Shown: positions 1-10,536 of the stretch, one piece after another
Layout of the letters: every line of letters starts with the position of its first letter
How positions within the stretch are numbered: position 1 is the first letter of the stretch
Assembly: GCA_963737155.1 (NCBI GenBank)
Contig: CAVTRN010000002.1
Span: forward strand, 1,120,001 to 1,184,000
Origin: Nitrospirota bacterium
GTDB taxonomy: Bacteria; Nitrospirota; UBA9217
Reading direction: 5' to 3'
Length of the DNA: 64,000 nt
Made by a program: the position numbers and the translations under genes
Notes under the pieces: generated by a model
Seen by the model: only the letters and a program-made list of their open reading frames with translations
What the model was told of the DNA's origin: nothing
Database searches by the model: none

Positions 1-18
1 TTGCCTATCATAGTGCAA

Positions 19-47
19 GGGCCCCCCTTCGGGAGGGCCTTTTTTTT
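19..47 (+). terminator. Rho-independent terminator of an upstream gene
   Basis: GC stem ggccc..cc-TTCG-gg..gggcc followed by T8. Confidence 0.75.
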
Positions 48-134
48 ACATTTCTTTCTTGATTTTATTCTTTCCGACGGGTAATATTACTTGCTTTTTG
101 GAATTTTACTTTACTGAAGGAGGGTACAGACCCC

Positions 135-320
135 ATGTACATGGTAACAATCGACAAAAACAAGTGCGATGGAGACGGCACCTGTGTGAACGTGTGTCCG
201 CAATCGGTGTTCAAGGTTGAGGGTGGCAAAGCCGACGCGGTGAACATGTCGGAGTGCATCAATTGTCAGACCTGCGTGGAAAACTGCCCACAGCAGGCAA
301 TTATCGTTAACGAAATATAA
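135..320 (+). CDS. 2x[4Fe-4S]-type ferredoxin
   Basis: CDGDGTCVNVCP and CINCQTCVENCP motifs; RBS aaggagg upstream. Confidence 0.92.
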   Translation: MYMVTIDKNKCDGDGTCVNVCPQSVFKVEGGKADAVNMSECINCQTCVENCPQQAIIVNEI

Positions 321-337
321 ACCAATGCAGCGAATCA

Positions 338-375
338 TGAAAAAGGGGACCGATGTTAATCGGTCCCCTTTTTCA
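338..375. terminator. Bidirectional terminator between convergent ferredoxin and slipin genes
   Basis: Perfect inverted repeat tgaaaaaggggaccgat-gtta-atcggtccccttttca with A/T tails on both sides. Confidence 0.85.
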
Positions 376-414
376 GCAGCGGGAAGGCATTCGAGAAAAA
401 CCGGTGCCGTCAGG

Positions 415-1194
415 CTAATTCTTCTTTTCCACAAGCTTTTGGAACGCCGTAAAGATGTCGATAGGAATGGGAAATACGATGGTTGTATTTTTTTCCGAGC
501 CGATCTCGACAAGTGTCTGGAGATAACGGAGCTGCAACGCGGTCGGATTTTTGCTGAGGACTTCTGCCGCTTCTGACAGTTTCGCCGATGCTTGAAGCTC
601 GCCTTCCGCATTGATGATCTTGGCTCGTCTTTCCCGCTCCGCCTGCGCCTGGATCGCAATGGCCCTCTGCATCTCGGCCGGCAGATCCACGTTTCTGACC
701 TCGACTGTAGTCACCTTTACTCCCCACGGTTCTGTCTGCTGATCGATCACTTTCTGCAGCTCTGCATTGATTGCCTCCCGGTTCGAAAGCAGGTCGTCAA
801 ACATGTTCTGGCCGAGGATGCTTCTGAGTGTGGTTTGGGCGATGAGTGAAGTGGCGTAGTAGAAATCCTCCACTTCGACGACGGCTTTGCGGGGTTCGAT
901 GATCCGAAAATAAACCACGGCGTTGACTTTAACTGTTACGTTGTCCCTGGTAATCACATCCTGGGACGGAACATCCATGGTAACAGTTCGAAGGCTTACG
1001 CGGACCATCTTCTGTATGCCGGGGATGAGGATGATTATGCCCGGCCCTTTTACTCCACCTTCCAGAGCAACCTTCCCGAGTGTAAATATGACACCCCGTT
1101 CATACTGCTTCAGTATCTTGACCGTGTTGAAGAAAAACCACACTAAGATGATTATCGCTACGAGTAGACTGAGACCTATTGCCTGCATGTTCAA
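415..1194 (-). CDS. SPFH/band-7 (stomatin/slipin) membrane protein
   Basis: N-terminal TM; [35 protein letters not shown]-like coil, [10 protein letters not shown]. Confidence 0.95.
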   Translation of the reverse strand: MNMQAIGLSLLVAIIILVWFFFNTVKILKQYERGVIFTLGKVALEGGVKGPGIIILIPGIQKMVRVSLRTVTMDVPSQDVITRDNVTVKVNAVVYFRIIEPRKAVVEVEDFYYATSLIAQTTLRSILGQNMFDDLLSNREAINAELQKVIDQQTEPWGVKVTTVEVRNVDLPAEMQRAIAIQAQAERERRAKIINAEGELQASAKLSEAAEVLSKNPTALQLRYLQTLVEIGSEKNTTIVFPIPIDIFTAFQKLVEKKN

Positions 1195-1272
1195 CCCTCC
1201 TTCATGAGTTTACTGACAAATTCGCAGCCACCAATGATGATCCGATGTCACGAGTATGATGCTATAGCGGTA

Positions 1273-2613
1273 TCAGATAATCTTTTTCACCTTCACTTTG
1301 AGTCCTTCAATCACCTCTACCTTCACCTTGTCGCCAGCTTTAATTGGCTCATCGCTCCAGGCATTCCAGAACTCCCCGCGCAGGAACACCTGACCGTTCT
1401 CACGGATGTCCGTTTTAGCTTTTCCTTCAAGCCCAATCATGCCCTCTTTGCCGGTATCCGCTTTTTCGCGGTGCACCCGTACAGCAAGGCGTACGGTAAT
1501 TATAAACAGAAGCGCAGAGAGAACCACGACCGGCACAATCACGGCCCAAGATATGTGTAAATAGGGGGAGGTCGATTCAATGAGCATGAGCGAGCCTATG
1601 GTCATGGCAATAACACCTCCGATACCGAGAACGCCATGGCTCGTGATAAAAGCTTCAGCGATAAAGAGGCCTACGCCGAGAATGATAAGCATCAGCCCTG
1701 CATAATTGATTGGAAGCGTCTGGAGCGCATAGAATGCAAGAATCAGGCAGATGGCGCCGGCAACTCCCGGGAATATTGCGCCTGGGTTCGAAAGCTCGAA
1801 ATAAAGACCGTAAAATCCTAAAATCATAAGAATATAGGCGACATTGGGATTGCTGACGATATTGAGAATTTTATAACGGAATCCCATGCTGATTTCCCGG
1901 ACGGTCGCACCATTGGTCTGAAGCTTTTTCTCCCCGCTTACGAGATCCACGGTTTTGCCGTCGATGTCCTTGAGAAGCGTCGGAATATCGGGCGCAATGA
2001 GGTCAATGACCTTTAGATTCAGCGCCTCCGTTTCGGTGATCGAAACACTTTGCCGGACCGCTTCTTCAGCCCATTTTTCGTTTCTTCCGCGCTTTTCGGC
2101 AATGCTCCGCGCCATGGCGGCGAGATCATTCACCACCTTAGTTTCCATAGTTTTGTCCATCTGCCCCTCCATGGTCACTGGATGGGCCGCCCCAATATGC
2201 GTGGTAGGGGCCATAGCGGCGATGTTTGCGGCAAGGGTAATGAAAACGCCGGCTGAAGCCGCGCGAGCTCCCGGGGGACCCACGTACACAATAACCGGAA
2301 TATCAGCGGACATCATTTTTTTTACGATTTCTCTCATGGCATCCACGAGGCCGCCGGGAGTGTCCAATTTGATAATGACTGCTTCGGCACCGGCCTGCGT
2401 CGCAGTGTCAATGACACTCGCTATATATTCGGCTATGATAGGAGTTATTGCTGCATCAACAGGTGCGACAAACACCTGTTTCCCCATGCCTCCAGAGGAA
2501 TGCCAGGTGGATTGTTTGTCTGTCCGCGAGCAGCCCGGGGGGGTAAATGCGAGAAAAAAAACGATGAGGAAAAGATGATAGATCGGTTGTGGCACAACGG
2601 TTTTCCCGTGCAT
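1273..2613 (-). CDS. nfeD: NfeD-family membrane-bound serine protease
   Basis: LDTPGG, AASAG and GAAHPV ClpP-like motifs, TM block, C-terminal OB domain (GEFWNA); paired with slipin; start taken at MHGK after RBS gagagga. Confidence 0.93.
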   Translation of the reverse strand: MHGKTVVPQPIYHLFLIVFFLAFTPPGCSRTDKQSTWHSSGGMGKQVFVAPVDAAITPIIAEYIASVIDTATQAGAEAVIIKLDTPGGLVDAMREIVKKMMSADIPVIVYVGPPGARAASAGVFITLAANIAAMAPTTHIGAAHPVTMEGQMDKTMETKVVNDLAAMARSIAEKRGRNEKWAEEAVRQSVSITETEALNLKVIDLIAPDIPTLLKDIDGKTVDLVSGEKKLQTNGATVREISMGFRYKILNIVSNPNVAYILMILGFYGLYFELSNPGAIFPGVAGAICLILAFYALQTLPINYAGLMLIILGVGLFIAEAFITSHGVLGIGGVIAMTIGSLMLIESTSPYLHISWAVIVPVVVLSALLFIITVRLAVRVHREKADTGKEGMIGLEGKAKTDIRENGQVFLRGEFWNAWSDEPIKAGDKVKVEVIEGLKVKVKKII

Positions 2614-2718
2614 AAATGTTCCTCTCGAATGTAAAAAGTATATACTCAATGTCCATGAGTGTCAAGAATAGCTTGACTTAAAAGGGGTTTTTCTGTAGCA
2701 TCGAAAGCGGTGATAAGC

Positions 2719-3270
2719 ATGAGAGTGACCGGTGGCATGGGGAGGGGACAACGGCTGAAAGCTCCGTCAGGGTCGCGCGTGAGACCGACATCCGGCAAGG
2801 TGAAACAGGCCCTGTTCAATATTCTTGGCGACAGGGTTATTGATGCGGATTTCCTCGATCTCTTCGCAGGCGCGGGCGGCATCGGCATCGAGGCTCTTAG
2901 TCGCGGCGCCCGCCAGGCAACATTTGTGGATTCATCACGGGAGTCTCTTGCCATTGTCAGGGGCAATATTGAACAGACCGGTTTTGGGAGCCGCGCTCAC
3001 ACTGAGTTGTCTCAAGCTGAAACTTTTCTCAAAAGGCCATCAGAATCATTCGACATTATATTTCTCGACCCACCCTATGCGGACGAAATTCAGCCGTTGC
3101 TTGAGCTGATTGCCGCCACAGGGAAAGTAATACACACAGGCATAGTTATCGCCGAACACTTTAAGAAGCAGCCGTCTCCGGAGCAAGCAGGCTCTCTCGT
3201 TCTCTATCGCGAAGCGAGATACGGGGATACAGTGCTGGCTTTTTATAAAATGAGGACCTTTCCGGAATGA
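2719..3270 (+). CDS. rsmD: 16S rRNA m2G966 methyltransferase
   Basis: RPTSGKVKQALFNIL, LDLFAGAG, EALSRGA, DPPY, RYGDT; next to coaD. Confidence 0.95.
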   Translation: MRVTGGMGRGQRLKAPSGSRVRPTSGKVKQALFNILGDRVIDADFLDLFAGAGGIGIEALSRGARQATFVDSSRESLAIVRGNIEQTGFGSRAHTELSQAETFLKRPSESFDIIFLDPPYADEIQPLLELIAATGKVIHTGIVIAEHFKKQPSPEQAGSLVLYREARYGDTVLAFYKMRTFPE

Positions 3271-3574
3271 GTGGGTTCCTAAAATATCGCACGAAAAACT
3301 GGGCATAAGCCGGAGCTCTTAAGTGTAAGGTCAGGCAATTTCAAATAGCAACATAACATTAGGCTGCCAAGTGTATCTAAGGTGGCATTCTATACTCAAC
3401 ACTGGAATAGCAGAATGAGTAATGGGCCATCAACCGATAATTAAAACCAAGGATCAACGTGGTTGGAAATCCGGAATAGAAAGCTGTGCGAAGTGAAAAT
3501 TTTGCCCGTGGATAATTCGTGGACGTGCATTGACGTATAAAAACGGCGTTACTTTTGACCCCAAGGAGTGAGCA

Positions 3575-4057
3575 ATGAAACACATTGCCGTCTATCCCGG
3601 AACCTTTGACCCCGTGACTAACGGTCATGTTGATTTAGTGGACCGCAGCCTTAGAATTTTCGACGAGGTGATTGTTGCTATTGCGGCGAACCCGAGGAAA
3701 CAGCCGCTTTTTTCCCTCGACGAACGCATTGACCTGTTTAGGAAGGCGATCTCGCGGTACAGGCGGGTGAAGATTGAAGGTTTCGACGGCCTTCTGGTTA
3801 ATTATGTTCGTGATAAAAAGGCGGTAGGCATCATCCGGGGTCTCCGCGCGGTATCGGATTTCGAGTATGAGATGCAGATGGCTCTGATGAATCGGAGATT
3901 GGATAGTGATATTGAAACGGTCTTTCTCATGCCTAACGAGGAGTATTCCTTCATCACGTCTACGATTGTGAAGGAAGCTGCCAGCTATGGGGGTGATATA
4001 TCCAGCCTCGTACCAAAAGTAGTAGTGGGGAGACTGAGGAAAAAGTTTGGGAAGTAG
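3575..4057 (+). CDS. coaD: Phosphopantetheine adenylyltransferase
   Basis: YPGTFDPVTNGH, RGLRAVSDFEYE. Confidence 0.98.
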   Translation: MKHIAVYPGTFDPVTNGHVDLVDRSLRIFDEVIVAIAANPRKQPLFSLDERIDLFRKAISRYRRVKIEGFDGLLVNYVRDKKAVGIIRGLRAVSDFEYEMQMALMNRRLDSDIETVFLMPNEEYSFITSTIVKEAASYGGDISSLVPKVVVGRLRKKFGK

Positions 4058-4388
4058 GTTTGGCTCCCAGAGGCAAAAGGCTGTTACCTGGGAATTGTGC
4101 ACATCTAAAGGCATTTATGACAAGAAATCCATATGTCTTGTAATTTATCCCCCCCGAAAAAATTTATCGTTAAATAGTTTATATGATATATTGCGCAATG
4201 TTTCACAAATAGCAAATGTTTATCGAAGTAATGCCCGTACACGGAAAATTCCCGGAATGGATATGAAAAAGTTTTTGTATATTTTAGGTTGCTGTATTTT
4301 TTCTATTTTTCATTTACATGATTGCTAAAAGTACGTATTTTGGCGAGCGCGAAAGATTTGAAATTAATTTATCTGCTCAGGGGGAGTA

Positions 4389-4637
4389 ATGGGAGAATTG
4401 TGTAAGAGCGCTGACTGCTGTTATGCCGACTATTGTAGGAACAGTGGGAAATGCCCTGCTGTGACAAAAGAAACCAAAAAGGGAATTGCCAACAGTGTAG
4501 CGCACTTTGTCTGCAGCGATTGGCAGATATTCTCGTTATCGAGCACGCTTGAGAGTGACGGCAGGCGACTGGAAAAAATAGTTCAGGGAAAACAAACAGC
4601 CGAAGGTTGTGAGCCCTGTTTCAAATGTCCTTATTGA
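4389..4637 (+). CDS. Small Cys-rich hypothetical protein
   Basis: RBS ggggag upstream; 82 aa with 9 Cys; no recognised family. Confidence 0.5.
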   Translation: MGELCKSADCCYADYCRNSGKCPAVTKETKKGIANSVAHFVCSDWQIFSLSSTLESDGRRLEKIVQGKQTAEGCEPCFKCPY

Positions 4638-4700
4638 TACGCCCGGAAACACTTGCTCCGTCGATATGCATTTCTCTCTGTGTGCCTACCTCAGGTGACA

Positions 4701-5519
4701 TCATTTTTGTAATCTCTGTCTCATTGCCTCGTAGAGAATTACTGCGGCGGCCATTGCCACGTTTAGCGAATCGATTGCGGCTGCAACGGGAATACGGACG
4801 CGAAAATCGAGGTCGTCCTCAAGGTCCCGGGGCAGGCCCGCAGCCTCCTGCCCTAGGATCACTAGCGTCGGTTTCGTGAGATCAACGTCGAAATGGGTTG
4901 TTTCTCCGCTTAGGACGGTTGCCACGGTCTGAAAGCCTTTCGCCCTGCTTCTTCTGAGGAAAGTCGCTATGTCCCCTACAGGCACGACCGGAAGGCGCAG
5001 GATACTGCCCATCGAGGCGCGCACAGCCTTCGCATTATACGGGTCAACGGTGTTTGATGTTACGGCTACGCCTGATGCGCCCGCTGCTTCTGCGGTGCGG
5101 ATGATAGTGCCGAGGTTTCCGGGGTCTTGGAGCCGATGCGCAAGTACCACCATGTTCGCCTGATCAGAAATGAGTGCTTCTTCCGAATATTGTTTCATCC
5201 GGACTACGGCCATGACCGGCTGGGGTGTTTTGCTGTCTGATAAGATGTTCATCAAACGCTCCGATACCCAAAGAATCTCGACGCCCTTGCTCTCCGCCTG
5301 TCTGAGTACCCCTTTTCCATGGTGCTGAACGAGCGAAGGAGAAGCTATGACAATGTTGACTCCGATGTTGTCCCGAAGCGCCTCCTCGACTATCTTAATG
5401 CCTTCAATCAAGAAGGCCTGCTTTTTTCCCCGATGCTTGGGATCGGCGAGAGAATGAATACTTTTTATCGTGCTGTTGTCTTTGCTGGAAATTGGTGTAT
5501 GGGGGGTCGTCTTGTGCAT
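4701..5519 (-). CDS. TrmH/SpoU-family RNA 2'-O-methyltransferase
   Basis: QDPGNLGTIIRTAEAAG, VRASMGS, GQEAAGL, SLNVAMAA; likely start MHKTT. Confidence 0.93.
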   Translation of the reverse strand: MHKTTPHTPISSKDNSTIKSIHSLADPKHRGKKQAFLIEGIKIVEEALRDNIGVNIVIASPSLVQHHGKGVLRQAESKGVEILWVSERLMNILSDSKTPQPVMAVVRMKQYSEEALISDQANMVVLAHRLQDPGNLGTIIRTAEAAGASGVAVTSNTVDPYNAKAVRASMGSILRLPVVPVGDIATFLRRSRAKGFQTVATVLSGETTHFDVDLTKPTLVILGQEAAGLPRDLEDDLDFRVRIPVAAAIDSLNVAMAAAVILYEAMRQRLQK

Positions 5520-5602
5520 GCGTGAAAGTATAGCATTAAAGCGGGAAGAATCGAACAAAAAAATCTGAGCCTGCCTTTTCCGGAAAAGAGGGGAGTGCAC
5601 CG

Positions 5603-5875
5603 CTATATTTTCATTATTCGTAACTGCTCCTGGTACTTTCGCTCCAAGTCCTGCCATTGTTTGAGCGATTCATAGCTACTTTCCCAGGTCGTGTAATCAT
5701 CTTTGAAATCACTTCCCTTGTCCAGCGTTCCGTTCCGGTATCCCTCGATGAAAGATGCCGTGTTCTTTTTGTGCTTTCGCTCCATCATGTTGAGAAATTC
5801 CACGATCCTCTTGATGGTATTACCACAGATCCTGAGTTCCCGGAGTCGAGATATGTCGAATTCATCGTTACGCAT
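5603..5875 (-). CDS. Hypothetical helical protein (~90 aa)
   Basis: Protein-like composition; divergent from iscR; start chosen at MRNDEF. Confidence 0.6.
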   Translation of the reverse strand: MRNDEFDISRLRELRICGNTIKRIVEFLNMMERKHKKNTASFIEGYRNGTLDKGSDFKDDYTTWESSYESLKQWQDLERKYQEQLRIMKI

Positions 5876-5940
5876 GCCATCTTCCTGTTCATATAAATAT
5901 ACCACATTACAAAGTTTTGTGAAAAACAAGATGAAAAAAT

Positions 5941-5965
5941 ATACTTGACAGAAATAGTCAAGTTT
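5941..5965 (+). promoter_or_regulatory. IscR type-1-like operator overlapping the -35 (TTGACA) of the isc promoter
   Basis: ATACTTGACAGAAATAGTCAAGTTT, inverted repeat ACTTGAC-N7-GTCAAGT resembling ATASYYGACTRwwwYAGTCRRSTAT. Confidence 0.8.
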
Positions 5966-6033
5966 GTTATCGTTAGGTTAGCAGTCGATAGGAGCGAAGA
6001 AGTCCTGTTTCTCTCCGACCGCTCGGCAGCCGG

Positions 6034-6525
6034 ATGGGGATGAAGAGAATGAAGTTGTCCACAAAGGGGAAATATGGAGTGCGTGCTGTCTTTGAGATCG
6101 CCCGTCATTACGGCAAGGGGCCGATCACCATCAAGGAGATCGCCGACCGCCAGGGTATCTCCTTTTCCTATCTAGAGCAGATCCTGCACAAACTTGGGAA
6201 AGCGGGCGTGATCGAGAGTGTTCGCGGTCCTGCAGGCGGCTACCTCCTTGCTCGCAAACCTGCAGAGCTTACTATCGGTGACATCGTCCGGACGCTGGAG
6301 GGTCCCATTGCATTGTCTCATTGCTTGGAGCCTGGAGAATCAGGCGACTGCAATCAGGCCGATGACTGCGTGGCGCGGATGGTATGGGTTAAAGTGGGTG
6401 CCAAGATAGAAGAGGCCCTCGACAGCATCAGCTTCAACGATCTGCTGCAGAAGGAGATCCGGAAAACGTCCGTCCTTCTGAGACCCAGAAAGAAGACAGC
6501 AATGATAGGGAAGGGGGCATGTTAA
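6034..6525 (+). CDS. iscR: Rrf2-family Fe-S cluster regulator (IscR/CymR-like)
   Basis: [26 protein letters not shown], three Cys; heads the iscSU operon; true start may be 6049. Confidence 0.88.
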   Translation: MGMKRMKLSTKGKYGVRAVFEIARHYGKGPITIKEIADRQGISFSYLEQILHKLGKAGVIESVRGPAGGYLLARKPAELTIGDIVRTLEGPIALSHCLEPGESGDCNQADDCVARMVWVKVGAKIEEALDSISFNDLLQKEIRKTSVLLRPRKKTAMIGKGAC

Positions 6526-6526
6526 C

Positions 6527-7711
6527 GTGAGAAAAGTATATCTTGACCATGCAGCCACGACGCCGGTTCACCCGAAAGTGCTTGAGGCGATGATGCCTTA
6601 CTTTTCTGACAGGTTCGGCAACCCTTCGAATCTGCACGATATCGGCAGGGAGGCAAAAAACGCCATTGAAGAAGCGCGGGCAAAGACCGCATCACTCATT
6701 GGTGCGAAGCCTGAGGAAATTTTCTTTACGTCCAGCGGGGCGGAGTCAAATAATTTCGCGCTCAAGGGCATTGCCTATGCGAACAACCAGAAGGGCAAAC
6801 ATATTATCGTATCGCAGATCGAGCATTTCTCAATCCTCCACCCTGCGAAAACTCTCGAAAAATCGGGGTTCAACGTTACCTATCTCCCAACCGACAGACA
6901 GGGTCTCGTGAACCCGGAGGATGTGGGCAAGGCGATCACCAAGGATACCATCCTCGTCTCTATCATGCATGCCAATAATGAGATTGGGACGATTCAGCCG
7001 ATCGAGGAAATTTCCAGGATCACGAAGGATAAGGGCGTACTCTTCCATACCGATGCGGTCGCGACTACAGGCTGGATCCCGGTGAATGTCCAGACCCTTG
7101 GGGTAGATTCGCTTTCACTCGCAGGACATCAATTCTACGGACCCAAAGGTGCAGCAGCACTATATGTGCGCAAGGGTATCCGGATCAAACCGCAGATGGA
7201 AGGCGGAATCCAGGAGGACGGTCGCAGGGCGGGAACCGAGAACGTCCCCGGGATTGTGGGGCTCGGCAGAGCCGCGGAACTTACAGCAGTCGAGATCGAA
7301 CACCGGATGTCTTACCTCGCACCACTCCGTGACCGACTGCAAAAGGGCCTTATGGAAAAGATTGACCACTTGGTCGTCAACGGTCATCCGATAAGAAGGT
7401 TACCGCAGAATCTGAATATTTCCCTGTGGTATGTCGAAGGAGAATCCATGCTCCTGTTCCTGAACATGGACGGGGTCTCGATTTCGAGCGGATCGGCATG
7501 TACCTCGCGTTCCCTCAAAGCGTCGCATGTGCTGACCTGCATCGGCACGGATGCTGCGGTCGCAAATGGAACACTGCTGATGACACTCGGCATGGGCAAT
7601 ACCGAGGAAGACATTGATTATGTTATAGAGAAGCTGCCTCCCATCGTGAAACGGCTACGGGAAATGTCGCCTCTCTATGAAGATATGATTAAAAAAGAAA
7701 AGGTCCGGTGA
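6527..7711 (+). CDS. iscS: Cysteine desulfurase
   Basis: [25 protein letters not shown]; note HQFYGPKG in place of HKFYGPKG. Confidence 0.93.
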   Translation: MRKVYLDHAATTPVHPKVLEAMMPYFSDRFGNPSNLHDIGREAKNAIEEARAKTASLIGAKPEEIFFTSSGAESNNFALKGIAYANNQKGKHIIVSQIEHFSILHPAKTLEKSGFNVTYLPTDRQGLVNPEDVGKAITKDTILVSIMHANNEIGTIQPIEEISRITKDKGVLFHTDAVATTGWIPVNVQTLGVDSLSLAGHQFYGPKGAAALYVRKGIRIKPQMEGGIQEDGRRAGTENVPGIVGLGRAAELTAVEIEHRMSYLAPLRDRLQKGLMEKIDHLVVNGHPIRRLPQNLNISLWYVEGESMLLFLNMDGVSISSGSACTSRSLKASHVLTCIGTDAAVANGTLLMTLGMGNTEEDIDYVIEKLPPIVKRLREMSPLYEDMIKKEKVR

Positions 7712-7721
7712 GGAGGAAGCC

Positions 7722-8150
7722 ATGGAACAGTATAGTTCAAAAGTGATGGACCATTTCGCCCATCCGCACAACGTGGGTGAGATTGAGAATGCCGACGGGG
7801 TGGGTACCGTAGGGAATCCCGTATGTGGAGACGTGATGCGTCTCTATATCAAAGTTGAAGGGAACGTTATTGCTGATGCGAAGTTCAAGACCTTTGGCTG
7901 CGGCGCTGCTATCGCGACCAGCAGCATGGTCACCGATCTGGTCAAGGGAAAGACAATTGATGAGGCATTGAAGATTTCAAATGCTGCGGTGGCTGAAGCG
8001 CTCGGAGGACTGCCGAGGGTGAAAATGCACTGTTCTGTACTGGCCGAAGAAGCACTGAAGTCCGCTCTTGATGATTATTACAAGAAAAAAGGAATTCCTT
8101 CGCCCGTGCGTATGCCCGCAGAGTCAGGGCATGAGCATGACATGGAGTAA
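7722..8150 (+). CDS. iscU: Fe-S cluster scaffold IscU/NifU-N
   Basis: GNPVCGD, KTFGCGAAIA, KMHCSVLAE. Confidence 0.96.
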   Translation: MEQYSSKVMDHFAHPHNVGEIENADGVGTVGNPVCGDVMRLYIKVEGNVIADAKFKTFGCGAAIATSSMVTDLVKGKTIDEALKISNAAVAEALGGLPRVKMHCSVLAEEALKSALDDYYKKKGIPSPVRMPAESGHEHDME

Positions 8151-8223
8151 TAATATTGGAGTATGGATTTTTTGGCTTGATAATATACAGGATCGCAGAT
8201 GAGTCTGAGACCCTGAAGGGGAA

Positions 8224-8478
8224 ATGGTTTTGTTTATGGATGTTAAAATCATAAAACCCGACGTCGTTCTTGATTGTTTCGGTTTGGCTTGTCCTATGCC
8301 GATTTTAAAAACCTCGAACAAAATCAGGGAGATGGAGTCTGGCCAGGTGCTTGAGATCAAGTCCGACGATGACGGAATTGAAAAGGATATGCCAGCGTGG
8401 TGCAAGATGACGGGCAACGAGTACCTTGGGCTTGCCAAGGAGAACGGCGAATACCGGGTCTTCGTGAAAAAGACGTAG
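8224..8478 (+). CDS. TusA-family sulfur carrier
   Basis: LDCFGLACPMP, SDDDG...DMPAWC. Confidence 0.9.
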   Translation: MVLFMDVKIIKPDVVLDCFGLACPMPILKTSNKIREMESGQVLEIKSDDDGIEKDMPAWCKMTGNEYLGLAKENGEYRVFVKKT

Positions 8479-8967
8479 GCGATTTTCCCCCTGCGCAGTG
8501 CCTTGCGGGTGAAACTGCGGTTACGGTTTCATTGACGAAGTGGCTTGGTTCGCCGAGGGTAGATGCATGTGTCCGGCGTCTTCAGTTGTTCACCATCGAT
8601 CTTTTCTCTCCTACCGGCGATCAGCCGGTGCGAAACCTGTGTGAATGATGCAAAGACAGGTATTGCTCTTCTCCGTATTAACGTGCATCCCGCGTGTATT
8701 TTTGTGCCCATCCCTTATTTTCATTTGTCTGGGGGTTAACCCGAATTTTTCGCAGAGCCTAAAACTTACAATAAGCAATTTTTCTTTTGAGTTTGACAAG
8801 GTTGGGACGATAGTTTATTATCACTGCACGAAAGCAACGTCCCTGCAATCTAAGCGTGCTGGCACGATGAGCAGCGATTATTTTGAGCGCAATCCTGTGA
8901 TTACCCCCCGCCCTTCATTCCCCCCGCTTAGTGGGATGGTGGGCAACATTTTTTCAAGAGGAGTTTA

Positions 8968-10032
8968 ATGCAGACTATAGCAACACTCAAAGAAGGTGAC
9001 TGGGTCGAGGAAATCTATCTCGTCACGTCGAAACAGGTGTCAACAGCCAAGAATGGAGTCACGTATCTTTCGATTAAGCTCTCGGACAAAACCGGGGAGA
9101 TCGACGGCAGATTGTGGGACAATGCCGATGACGTGGCCGGGAAATTCGAACGGGAAGATTTCGTGCGCATCAAGGGCATGGCGTCGAACTACCAGGGATC
9201 AATGCAGATAAAGATGAAGACGCTTGAAAAAGTAGATGACGCCCGGGTTGAGATCGCCAACTTTATCGAAGCATCTCCGCGGAACATCGAGGAGATGGTG
9301 ACAGAACTCCGCGCGGTTGCGCCTACGGTGAACAGCAGTCATCTTCGACAGCTTATGAATGCCTTCTTGAATGACCCATCGTTTATGGAGGCATTCAAGC
9401 GCGTGCCTGCCGCTAAAACACTCCATCATAATTACATCGGCGGACTTTTGGAGCATGTTCTGGAACTTATCAGCCTCTCCCGGGACGTGGCGAAGCACTT
9501 TCCCTCGATCGATCTCGACCTACTTACGGTTGGCTCTTTTCTCCACGACATCGGCAAAGTCCGGGAGCTGACGGTGAGAAAATCAATCGGCTATACGACG
9601 GAAGGCCGGCTGCTCGGTCATATCTCGCTAGGCTACGAGATGATCGCCGGGAAAATAAATGCCATTCCGGGATTCCCTCCGGAGCTGGCCATGCTGCTCA
9701 AGCATATCATATTATCACATCATGGAGAGTATGAGTTCGGCTCTCCCAAGAGGCCCAAGATCCAGGAAGCCATAGTCATTAACTACCTGGATGACCTATC
9801 GGCAAAAATCAACAACTTCCAGGCTACATTGAAAAAGGAAAATGTGGCTGTCGGCGAGTGGACCGCCTTCAGTAAAATGCATAATCGGTATCTCTACCGG
9901 CAACTGGCTTATACCGAACTGGCGGGGGAAGCCGAGGAGACTGAAGAGAACAGAACGTCGGGCGCCGGGACCAGGAAGAGGCAGAACGATATGGGGCCCG
10001 ACTCTTCGGGTAAGCTTCCACTTGATATTTGA
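8968..10032 (+). CDS. yhaM: YhaM/Cbf1-like OB-fold + HD 3'-5' exoribonuclease
   Basis: N-terminal OB fold (DKTGEIDGRLW), PAAKTLHH, HDIGK, GRLLGHI, SHHGEYEFGSP. Confidence 0.88.
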   Translation: MQTIATLKEGDWVEEIYLVTSKQVSTAKNGVTYLSIKLSDKTGEIDGRLWDNADDVAGKFEREDFVRIKGMASNYQGSMQIKMKTLEKVDDARVEIANFIEASPRNIEEMVTELRAVAPTVNSSHLRQLMNAFLNDPSFMEAFKRVPAAKTLHHNYIGGLLEHVLELISLSRDVAKHFPSIDLDLLTVGSFLHDIGKVRELTVRKSIGYTTEGRLLGHISLGYEMIAGKINAIPGFPPELAMLLKHIILSHHGEYEFGSPKRPKIQEAIVINYLDDLSAKINNFQATLKKENVAVGEWTAFSKMHNRYLYRQLAYTELAGEAEETEENRTSGAGTRKRQNDMGPDSSGKLPLDI

Positions 10033-10536
10033 TGATATGTTGAGGACCATCATAAAACAAACTATGCCGGTCAACCCCAGTTGATGTTATAAAATTCGGT
10101 CCTTCCGGAACGAATGTGGGAAGCACCAGAATATAGATAGAGGGAAATACTTAATCCCAGTAGCTAAGGTGGAAAGCCTAGCATAATTGGGTTGTCATCC
10201 CTTTTGAGTGCGAAAGCAGCCTAGATCGCGAAATAGTGGGGTTCCGACACTTAACCCTGAAGCCACTGACTGTAATTGATAATTGATAAAGTACAGGACA
10301 TCCTGGACAGATTTTATGTTCAGGATATCGTGGACTCCCGTATTTTACTTGATATCAGCATGGGTACAGGGAGATGCTTTTAACTGCATAAGCATTAGGC
10401 GAAATTGCCTTTACCCCTTATAAGCTGCCCTATTAAACAGTAGCTATTCCATGATGTTGTGACCATTTTTCGTGTCCACGATGTCCTGAACGTTGTCCGA
10501 TAATAATTATAGAGAATTTCGAGAGAAAGGGTCTTT

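Noticed and set aside
10139-10270. Assignment as T-box, c-di-AMP riboswitch or SRP RNA
   Set aside because: Lacks a canonical T-box antiterminator, the ydaO 5' consensus and SRP domain IV; kept only as an unassigned candidate
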